From NCBI RefSeq assembly GCF_023055435.1, contig NW_025963813.1:12710001-12774000 (forward strand): a stretch of 64,000 nucleotides of DNA, in the 5' to 3' direction. The position numbers and the translations under genes are program-made. The notes under the pieces were generated by a model, which was not told the origin of the DNA, ran no database searches, and worked only from the letters and a program-made list of their open reading frames with translations. Below, one piece after another: positions 26,609 to 38,600 of this stretch; the first letter of the stretch is position 1, and the number at the start of each line of letters is the position of its first letter. The stretch is from Haliotis rufescens. Its lineage: Eukaryota.

Positions 26609-26622
26609 ATGGCTGAAGCAAA
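26609..26622 (+). CDS. PGD: PGD coding exon 1 (MAEA+AA)
   Basis: ATGGCTGAAGCAAA|gtaagt; phase 2 matches exon 2; lies in a CpG-richer promoter region. Confidence 0.85.
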
Positions 26623-29600
26623 GTAAGTATACATATCATATTCACAAGACGTGGTACCGTTTCAGCTGCCTGTTAGTGCCTCCTAAGAGGAAATTTAGTT
26701 CAACTGTTCACGACTTTCAAGGCTGCAACCGGCGGCTGAATGTGCACTGTCATCCTGTTGTATGACGTTTTGCATGGATTGTTTGCCAAACAAATTCACC
26801 ACAACTTCCAAAAATGTTTATCCGTTATAAGATATCATTTTGCAAACCGACAACTGTGCAACACGTTATGACATAATGTTTTTAGTTAGTTAACAATAAC
26901 CATGATAACAGCTAGATCTAGCTCAATAAACAGCTGATGATGAGACCCGACGATCAACAGGTCGATTTCTTCACGTTAAATCAAGAGGTGACCTTCAAAA
27001 TGAGAATTTTGATTTTAATTGGCAAATTTGACATCAACAACAGAATTTAACACCTGATTCTTTGATAAAAAGTGTCCATGAAGATTCTAGTTAGGCCCAG
27101 CTCACAGGCCCAAGAAGTAGGATAGTGATATTACTGAAAAGCCAGACCCATATATATAAATAGACTAAGCTGAAGTTGAAATGGGTCCGTTGTGTCAGTT
27201 ATATCACTATCCTGCTTCAAGATCTTAATAGACTTTTTTCTTTTTAATTGAGAACGTGCACACCCACGATCAAATAACATTTGTTCACTTGAGAATTTAC
27301 TTCTTTTTATGTTTTTTGAGGTATAAAGCTAAAACAGGGATGGTCATTTATAAAAGAAAAAGTCTGATTGACTAAAAAGTTATACCACATAGCAATGGGC
27401 ACTATTCTCCCTTTGGATACCTTTAACATTAACAAAACTTGTCAGGGCTAGTGCTTATTTCCATCCATGAAAAATATTGTGCGCATACTATGTGTAAAGT
27501 ATTACAAAACTAATGAATGTTCCAAGACTGCTCCTCAGTGATTGGTCAACAGATCATGTGACGCCCATGTGATATGGCATGATACTCAATATGTCACATT
27601 TCCCTTACCTGAGTTCTTTTCCCCTGATATGGGAAACATGATATTTCTCTCGACACATGAAATACAGTTAACTACGGTTATAACAAACACGCTTATAACG
27701 AACTGACGGATATAACGAACTGACTTTTTTGTCCCGACTATTTGCTGTAGTTATGATGTATATATGCATATAACGAACCACGGCTACAACGAACTAAAAT
27801 TAGTGGTCCCTTTGAGTTCGTTATAACCGTAGTTTACTGTATCCCATTTATTATATACTTTTTGTGTAGTTGTCTCCCGGAAAATTAGATTATTTCATTA
27901 CAAATGTAAAACTTTGAAATGTAAATTCTCCCTACCTAATACACAGTGAGGGTTCGCCACCCCTTGTAATTGCAACTTAAAAAGTAGTTTCATGTTTGCA
28001 AAATCTTTAAAAAATAAATAAATAAAAGTAACAAAAAATATTTGAGGTCACAGAAATTCTTTATCAAACATTTGGATATGATAATATACAAAATCAACTT
28101 CAACAAAAAATATTCTTGAAGCGGAAGAAGACAAGTTTGTTCAAGTAACAAAATGGCAATTTGCCATTTGCAAAACGAACAGTCTCGACAAAACATTTTC
28201 AATTAGAATAACAAACGTCAAGAAGCGATATTAACTCCATAAATGACCGTCTGTCATTACTCTGCCTTGTCAATGTGGAACAAACATTAATAGGAAGTCA
28301 ACAGTTTGTGTATGGACTAGAATTTGCAGAAGGTAACTCTTGTATGAAAATAGTGTTATATTTACTGCAGTGAAATATCAAGTGTTATGTTTACTGCAAT
28401 GAAAATATCACTTTTCCCAACTTCAGAAAACTCAGTCTTTCACACTGAAGTATATAATAAATAGAGGTTATCACGCGAGTGTGTTTGGGGATGGTAAATA
28501 TCCTGCATTAGGAATAAACATTGTATTTAGCGAGCCTTGGCGAGCTAAATACATAGTGTTTATTCCTAATACAGGATATTTACCATCTCCAAACACACAA
28601 GCGTGATAACCTCTTTATCATATAATGTCATGCTTTAATTCTGTGCTTTAAAATCGCTATCCCTCTCTTACAAACATTACCGAAACATTGCGAGTTTTCC
28701 AGGAATGCGCGCATTAATATTTATTACGTCACAGGGTAGGTGATGTGTCAGTCGGACAGTGACAGTAGCCAATATAGTTCCAACTGAAATCTCTTTCTTA
28801 TACAGTGGCGAAGCAACATATACACAAAACAACAGTTGTTTTTAATTGCCTTTCGCGGCAATTCATCGGTCTGTCCGCTAGAGTAACTGCCCTTTGTCAA
28901 AGGGAAGCTACTCTAACCCTAGTCTATGAGACGTCACGGGCACGGTCAGACGTTGTTGACAGTCGGTCTGTCCTGTCATAAGGTTAAGAAGTGTAGTCAG
29001 ATGTACACACAGCGACAAAACCAAACAAGGTAACAATTCAAACATATTTCGGCCAAATCCAACTATTTTAATTTGTGGAGAAGGTTTCAAATCGCAGAGG
29101 TCTACAAGCACAGATATTGCTACTGATCCCGCTTGGCTAGGCCTCGCGCCCTCGCAAAATTGTTTCGAAATTTATGCCTCCAAAGTAGCCAAAACTTATA
29201 AATTGCCTTAGCTACGTCACAGTTAGACACTGATTTTCAGTATATTAGACTGTTCTTTTGATAATGGTAGCAATTATCCCTGTTGTTTATCCAGATTCCC
29301 GATGGTTAATTTTGACTCGATCGCCGAATGACGAGGACGACGCCATGTTTGTTTATAAACAGTGAAAAGTAGTCCTACTTGACCTTTGATATTTGCATCT
29401 CTATCCGCATATGACCCCAACGGATATCGTTTTTATCCGTTGGCTTTATCCTGCCGAGAAACCTGCCCATTATATGATAAATAGTTATATACTGTTCCTA
29501 GACAGTATCGATGAGTGGCATGTTGGTGTTGTTAATAAAAGTTCTGGTTGGTGTACTTGTCACTTCCAGGTCCCACTGCTCAAAGAGTTCAGTTTTTGTC

Positions 29601-32600
29601 AAAGTGAAACACTTCACTGGCCAAAGTGATCTCAGGTGGCATCAGCTTTGTGGCAGTATCCTCTGGACTAGGTATCTTAAAATGCCCCTGTTTTATGGCC
29701 TGGCTTAGGTCTTTTGAGTTAGACCCTTGAGAATAAATTAAGAAATGAACCCAACTCAAGTCTTGAATGATTGTCTCAGCTCTATGAAATTAGCATTGTT
29801 CTGGGCTCCATTTAGATTTTATGTTATGTTTTGCAGATGTATTTTTTTAAATAATTTAACTTATTTCGGGCACTAAATGTTAGTCTTTTGGGGTGAGGTG
29901 TTGTCAAGGGGATGAGTCAGCCTTCTCTTCAATGACTAGGCTGTTTTCCTAGTCAGGGGCTTGTTCAACCTTGGCAGTTCTGATGCGTTCTTTATGACAC
30001 CTTGTGGAGGGTGAATGACAGATTTTACATTTGGGTCCAAGTTGATGTGGGATGTCCTTAAAAACGTCCTGGCCTTGTGAAAATATCCTCATGCACTTCC
30101 ATTTGTCCTTGCTTTGTGATTTGATCTGGGTTAACATTTCTCTTAATAAGTCACAAGTCAGCCATCTTCCCAAGGCAAGGGAGTTCACTGACTATAAAAG
30201 TCCAGTTTCCACCCTTGCTGAAATAAGGCTGGAACTCTGGAGTTTTTGCCTTGACTAATGAGAATATGCATACTCCAATTACATGCTAGACGTCCAGGTC
30301 GTAGCAACATGGATTTCAACGTGCAGATTTAGGTCGACAACAGGATATGCAAAGCATGTGTACCCCCAACTGGGTGTCTACGGATATTTTGCAAATCTTT
30401 TAGTGTTTTTAATCAAGGTGCTCAAGTGATTTGATGCACTTTGCGGGATAAGACCTGTTTTATTACAATATAGATCTTGATTATCTATGAGATCGTTTTG
30501 ACTGGGCGCGCCATTTTGTTTGAAGCAGATGCAAGTGATATGAGAGTTGGAATCTGATTGGTGAATGGGAGGGACATTCTGTAGTGCGTGAAGAGGTTCC
30601 TTCCTTTGATTATGTTGCTTCAGTGTGATTTGAGCAGCATCAGGAAAGTGGGTCAGGTATCTTGAACCGATCTGAAAAATAATTCGCTTATCTGACCCCA
30701 TTAACATATGACAATACTCATGGATATTCTGAGACTGCATGCTTTATACATGCTCCTCAGTGATTGGTTAACTGATTATGTGACACACACATGATATAGC
30801 ATGATACACTATATGTCACACCGTGAATCTCTGTGTAGCCTTGTGGATTTCCACAAAGTGTGCACACCATTTTTAGTTCTCCATGCCTGAGGGGCCGGAA
30901 TCATTTTAAAAACAACCGCAACATCTGCAGCCCACAAAAATCCCAATGCCATCGGATCAAGGACTAACATGACTAAGGGCAGATAACTCAAAGTTTATTT
31001 TGAAAAAAGCGGCAATTATCTTTGAAACTAATTGTCCAATGAATTCCAAATTTGGCATGTGGCAGCGGAATCAGATGCCCATCAATTTCACAAGGACGAC
31101 TAGGGAGGGGAGTTTGTCATCCTCAGAAAAGACAATTATGCTTCCTCCTCCCACTGGTCAGCCTGTGAGACACAGCATTTAGCCTAACGCCCATTACGTC
31201 GTCTCCACACTCTGATGTGGCCATCGGTGTAAGAAAGGTTGAACCTTGATTCGCCCGAGAAGACAACTTGTTGCCACTGTTGATGTCGGCAATATAGGTG
31301 CTGTTGAGCCCACTGTGCACGATGTTGGCGGTGACGTTGAGTCAGTATGGACCCGGCGACATCTGATTCCCGCTGCTCTGAGATGACGACAAACTGAGTC
31401 GGCTGACACGGAATTTTGTGAACCTTATGTATCGTGCTGTCTTGGACCCCGATGGATACAGTATTTTGAGGAACCACTGTATTTTGAAATTCAAATGATG
31501 CTGAACTCTTGTTCAGAAGAGTCATTTAATTGGTTGTTGATTTCAAGCTCACGAGCGAGAGTTTTTCTTTGCTATGTTGGTGATAAGAAGATTGTGAAGA
31601 CACTTCTGAAGGGAAGTTTTTCTTGTGAATGGGTCCTGGGTTTTTATCACAGTGGAATGGTGATATGGTGCATTAGATGGTTGCCTTTTCAGCAAGCACA
31701 CAATGAACCTTTTTGCTTGTTTTCTTATGAACAGTGCTATCACTTTGATATCAGCTTTTTATCAGTACATTTGCATCCAGCCATGCAACTGAAGCGATTT
31801 TTAATAGTACTATCTGTAGCCAAGCAATTATATCAACATTAAATATTGTAATGTGCTTGTAAAAGGAGCAACCCATCATCTCTGTAATATATGAAAGTCC
31901 TCGGTGTCAATCATTCAACATCCACAGATTATCATTCTTTGTATCCCTGTTCTGGAGGTCGGTGCACAACTCATACCTGATCAAAACATCCCCAGACTCG
32001 CTTCACACCACTGAAACTTGTCTGAAGGACTTTTTGAGGCATCCTGATTAATACTTTGTGGAATCCATGGTCTGCTTCACATGTGTTCAGTTTGATGGAA
32101 AGCTGTGATTTATGACCAGCTGATTACCTTATTTTGAGATGGGAACTGTTATGCACCAGTTGGTAGAGTGCATGGATGTATTGGGGCATACGGATGGCCC
32201 ACATCCTGAGGCATCTACTGATCCAGGGATTTAACCAGGATTCCTAACTAAGTGCCCTTGCGAGGCAATTTGGGAAAGAATAATTTTGCTCCAATTGGTT
32301 AGTGACATACGAGTCACCCATGTAATATAGTGGGCATCAAAATTATCTAAACAGAATTGCATACCAAAGCTATGTTAGAACCACTGGATCCATGAAGATC
32401 CGGGGTAGAATAGGTCTTCAGCAACCCATGCTTGCCGTAAAAGGCAACTATGCTTGTCATTGGAGGTGACTAAATGGATCGGGTGGTCAGGCTCGCCAAC
32501 TTGGTTTATTCCCATTTGCATGGATTGATGCTCAGGATGTCAATCACTGGATTGTCTGGTCCAGACTCGAATATTTACAGACCGCCTTCATGCCGCTGGA

Positions 32601-35600
32601 ATATTGCCGAGTGCGGCGTTGAACAACAAACAAACAAACAAACAATATGTGCAAAGTAGGGCTGTATTGAATAGGAATTTAAGTATTCAGATATCGACTC
32701 AGAGGTATTACGAGATATCGATTAACGATGAGATTAATTATTCTTTATGTGTATAGATGAAAATTACCTATGTAGACCTGCAAATAATCAACTTAATGCT
32801 AAATATGAACAAGGATGTTTAAAATTTTCTGTTTTCATTGTCTGTCTTAACTTTGGTAACCTTAATAAATGTTTCTTGACAGTGAATTATTAATTATGTA
32901 TGCCATAACTATAGTAATTATGAAAGAATCATTTCAGAATTTGAACCTGCAACCTACCCTATTTACACATAAAACATGTCGCTGTTTCACATTACATGTT
33001 TAGACATCAGTAATTTGATATTTAGACCAAGAGACCGCCTCTGTGGTCTAGTGGTAGAGCGTCCGCCCGGAGGGCGGAAGGTCCGGGGTTCGATCCCCGG
33101 CCGCGTCATACCAAAAGACGTTAAAAAACGGTACTTGTTGTTACCCTGTCTGGCTCTCAGCATTAAGGGGCTAAAATAAAGACTGGTTAGCTCGGAGTCA
33201 GTATACTGTGTCTGGGTGGGGTATTCATGTTAAAATACGGCATGTTATCTCAGTGAACGAGCACTATAAATCAGCATTAGTCCGGACAAGTACAAGCAGC
33301 CACACACACACATTAATGCACGTCGCTATCTAAGTGCGATGATCTTGGACGCAATGTTAAACCCCATGACACCTCACCTCAATTTAGACCAAGACTAGAT
33401 ATGGCCATTCACTGACTAAAGACACTGTAGATGGATGAAGTGCCTTAAAACAAATAGATGTTGAGAAGCACTCCTAACATGGGTAGTAAAGCAGGTTTCT
33501 CCACTCCCCACAATGTGCACAAACAACATGCAAGTCATTATGACTTCAATATTGATAAAGCGATTGCGTCTGTGGTCAGGGTGACCTCTTGTTTTAGCGG
33601 CTTTTCAATTCCCATCACTCTGTGTAGGAATTCAATTCGGACTGTATTTGAATATTTTGTCGCATTTTGTTGTCAAAGAAGTATAAACTCTCATGAAAAA
33701 AACATAAATGGTTCAGAGCTCCGGATAACTTTTTGAGCAATTGAGTTTTTACTCTAGGGTTTCTATTTTAATTGGGTTATAACATTTTTCATTGGGTAAC
33801 CAATATTATTTCACTCATCCATTCATCACTCTATTGGGTTTTTCCCCAATTTAGTGAACATTTTAAGATTTTGAAAAAAAAATGAAATTATGTTTTTGTA
33901 TATAACTGTTCTAAATATATAGGCTTGACTCAGAAAGTAAATCAACTTGTAATTGTGTTTCGGAAATTAGCTCCTTTGTACGCATGATACAAAAGCTTCA
34001 TTGAGTTCAAGGACGATTCTGAATGATAAATGACAACTGGAAATAAAGGAGAAAAACCTTACATAGGTGACAAATATATACATCTGTTGTGTAGACATCA
34101 ATGTTAAAAATAGGCGAAAGGCTATGTTGATCACTGCACAAACAAAAATATAAAATTATCATTTTAAGCAAATTATCATGGAACTGTTCTCGGTGAACAA
34201 TACCTTCCAAATGGCGTGCTGGTTTTCTTTGGGAATTAGTCAGCAAAGAGCCGGAGTCACAGGAGACTAATCACAATTTTATTTACAAGAACAATTAACA
34301 ATTTACAATATCTTAGAAAATAACTGAGGGTGCCACAGAGAGTCGGTACAACACTCTGGGCTGTGGGAGAGAGGTCTGCTTGGTAAGAGAGTCAAACCCC
34401 TTCTCTCCTCTCTCAATCTCTCTGGACCAAGGCTTATATAGCCAAGGTCACCTGACATTTAGTAAGTAATAAATCTATTTGCACATCCTGTTCAGGATGG
34501 CAGACGGTCGATGTACACAAAAATGGGGATTAACAAATAGGATTAGCATCTAATAAATAACAGCAATTAAGTGTTTCAAGGCATATAGATGTCATGGCTC
34601 CAGGGTAATGAGCCTTTGCAATCAAATGTCCTTCAGACAATGGATGTCGTAAATCAGTCGCTATGACAATATCCTCACAACTATTGAATTTATGATAAAA
34701 TGTAAGCATCTAAGACTCTTTTACTCTGGTTTTCTTCTTTGGGCCATGGTAGGGTGTTTGTTTCCATGAGGTATTTGTAACTGGTCACTTGAGCCCCAAC
34801 GTAAAGTAGAGTAACCATAACACTCAAGTGTCTAACTTGGGGAAAAAGGACAGCCCATGGTCAGGAGTACTAAAATGGAGACTTTATTGGTGCTGTGAAA
34901 GGATCTGCAACAAATTGAAAGCCCTAATTTAATCATGTCAATTAGCTCCAGCCTTGTCTGATGGCTTGATCAATACCTTCCTGTGGAAACTGCCATGATG
35001 TGTGTACAAATGAAGCAATCTCAGTTACATGGGTATTGACACTCACTGTGTCCATCATTTCTGTGACAGCTTGTGAAGTCGGCAGACATATTGGAATTGT
35101 TCTGTAATTTGAAACCTAGTTTTGTATTTTATGAAATAATTTTGCGGACATGCTTCTAGTTGAAATGTGACTGTATTCATTAGAGCTTCACTTTCAGTGA
35201 TAGACACAGCCGCTGGTCCACTGTCCAAGACTAGTGAAAATCTAAAGGGACCAGTTGGTTCAGCCTATAATCTTGTTATTTTACATTACTGGCTAGTCCG
35301 ATCTATGAATACATGTAGATGAATGGGAGCAGCACAGCAATGTTCTGCATTGAAAATTAATTTGGTGACATCGAAGCACTGTATGATGTCATCCATGGAA
35401 TGTCACTGAATATTAGAAACTGGGCGAAATAACGACATGCGAACATAATTCGTAAGCTCGATACAAGCTAAATAAGCACACTAACAGATAGATGTTATGT
35501 TTTCATACATATGAACTTTTATCCACATGTGGTTTAAGTATTTTAAGATTTTAGATGTTACAATTTGCATTTTTTTGCAAAAGTGTTGATGTTGAGTGCT

Positions 35601-38600
35601 TTTCCTATATCCCTTTTTGGTAAACATGGTGAGATTTGAATATGGCGCAGCAGTTAGTAAATGCGCCTTGCTCCTGAGAATGCACGCAAACTCCCTTTGG
35701 TTATTCAAGGATATGGGTGGCCCAGTCGTCTAAGGCACTGCGATTCGCTGTGCAGACTTACGTCCCTTGGGCACAGCAGAAACCTATGATTGCTCTATAC
35801 AATAGATGGGCAGTTCATTTGAGCATTGTATTCCAATGTTATTTCTGAAGTTTACTTCAGTCCATGAAAAGTCAAACACCATTGTCACATCGTGTGCTCT
35901 TTTATCATTACTTTTGGGGATGTATTTTGGTAGGGGTAGATGTCATCCTTAATACTGGAACAGGATGCCCAAACACACCATTTTGACATGCGTTTGACAT
36001 GTGAAAAGCATGCGTTTTGTCTCTGACTTGATTATATAAAGCCATGTCTTAGCAGTGTTAAGACACAGTTGATCTTTCACTGTCGTAAGACCTGGCCAGA
36101 AAGGCTTTTGTGAATATAATATTGTGTTATTTCAAGGATAAATGTGTGGAATAGTTACTTCGTGTTTAATTATAAATAAAGTTTGCTTTGCCAAAAGGAT
36201 TGCCCATCATGGAAATATAGCTTGTTATATATGTTATTTTCAATGTTCTTAACTTCTGGTAATGAAAATACATGATAGTTGTCACCTAGTAGTTAGGCAT
36301 TTTTCATGTTTTCAGGCCTTAGTGTGATTGCTCCTACTTGCGATCCCTAAATTGGTACATCCATCACCGACCTTTGAATGGGACACCTGATTTTGTGAAC
36401 TATGCTGACTTAACCTGATGTTGTAAACTATGCTGACTTAACCTGATGTTGTGAACTATGCTGACTTAACCTGATGTTGTGAACTATGCTGACTTAACCT
36501 GATTTTTGTGAACTATGCTGACTTAACCTGATGTTGTGAACTATGCTGACTTAACCTGATGTTGTGAACTATGTTGACTTAACCGGATGTGAATATTGTT
36601 GACTGTAATAAATGTAATCAACCTAAAGTATTTTTCTTTTTCGTTTGTAATAATGTGTGCTGTATATCCTTAGTTCTACTTTTGATTTGTGACAACCATT
36701 GTGTCAAACTTTGATGTGTCAAACTTATGGTTGTTTCGAAGTTTAAAGAATGGGTATTCCTTCATTATTCTTCATTTTCGATTGTGTCAAACTTCGGATA
36801 ACTCGAAGTATTTACGTTGGTCCCTTCAACTTCAAAGACTCATCAAAGACTTGCATAATACAATCTTAATTGGTAATATATGATATTTACTATAAAAAAT
36901 AGTCTCCATTTTTGTTTGTGTCATGTTGTTTGTTCTTCAGTTACAACATTGTCATCTAAAAAATATCAACCATGAGGAACAGGCAAATATACAATAATCT
37001 CGATCATTGATGTACCTTATTCTATGTAATAAGCACCCCGCTTTAATAAGCGCACACGGCGATATTTGCTCATATATTGGCTAGTGAACGATCCCAATTA
37101 GCACTCCTGATCAATGTGCATTTATTTATTCTTGTATAATACACACTCGTGTGTTACATGCACCCTTAATTCTGGGCAATTAAATTCTGGAAAACATATG
37201 TCGTGTGTGATACGCGCAGACTTTTCTTTTGTATCATTTCAGGCTGTCAGCATAAACTACGAAATTTACAATCTTTCCACTTTTTTTTTTCTCACCAAAA
37301 TTATATTCTTATAAGCGTCCCTTATTTCTAATTTTGAGAGCGCCCTGGGCGCTTATTAAGTCAAATATGGTAGTGTAACAATGTGTTTCAGTAATGACGA
37401 GTATTTGTGTTTCAGTAATGATGAATATTTGTGTTTCAGAGGAGACTTGGCCCTGATTGGGTTGGCCGTGATGGGTCAGAATCTCGTCCTCAACATGAAT
37501 GACCATGGATTCACAGTAAGTATGTCTGTGTGGTCAACCCCACGGGGATTCCAGAGTAGAGTTGGCTTTCGGTGCCCTTGCTTGTCTTCCTCATAATTGT
37601 CTCCCCTGGTTTTGTGCCCAGTGCCCCATGGTTGTCTCCCCTGGTTTCGTCCCCAGTCCACCATGCAGTTCTACTGTTGTTTTGGGGCAGCACAAGTACC
37701 CGATGCCCCATGCTGATCTCCACATTGGACTTTGGTGAATTGTTTTTTCATAGGGGGAGTCTTGAGGTAGACTGGGTCCCGAGCAGCCTGTGATAGAAGC
37801 AATTTAAATGACAGTCAGATGGTTTCAAGGTGTGACCTGGTTGATTGTGTGTCATTGTCACCTGACGGGCTGGGTAATGGATGCTGCTGCCACCATGTTT
37901 AACAACCTGTTGGTATTTTACCCTGCAGTTTGATTTTGATTGGATATCCACAATTTTTAGAGGGTATTCAAATGTATTTTACCAACCTGTTTCTTGACCT
38001 TTTGGTATTTTAACCTGTTTTGTAACAATCCCTGTAAGTCATTTAAAACTAAATAAATAGAAGTTTACTCATCTGTGTCTGCTTTCAGCTCCCTCTCCGG
38101 GAAGCCTTATTTGTTTGCAAAACTTAGGATTGTAAGAAAGGAGCTATTTATTAAAACACCAATCAGCGACTGTTATGATAAATTGACTAGGCTCGATGTG
38201 CTTTTCAATTGGAATCTATCGGTATTTAGTTAGTTTGTCACATAAGAAGAATGTAACTGTTGGTTAATTAAATTTGTGATCGGCTGATACAAATTTATTT
38301 TATCAAAAAGTTCTAATATACACATTAGTTTTATTTCAATAGCATCTTTAAAGTTTTTGTTGCATAATTGATACATTAGGATTTGAATTTTCTGCGTATT
38401 TCAGTTCAGTTAATCTCAAGTTCTGGCGTCACACAATATTTATTCACCCTTTCACTCTAGTTTCCCATCGTTGAGTTACATTCTAAGTCGTGTCATGTAG
38501 GGTAGTAGTATTACTGTCAGGTGGGTATGTTGCCGGTCATTCCAGTTTGACAGGACCAGAAGTGATTGTTTATAATCAGACATAAAAATCTTGAATATTA

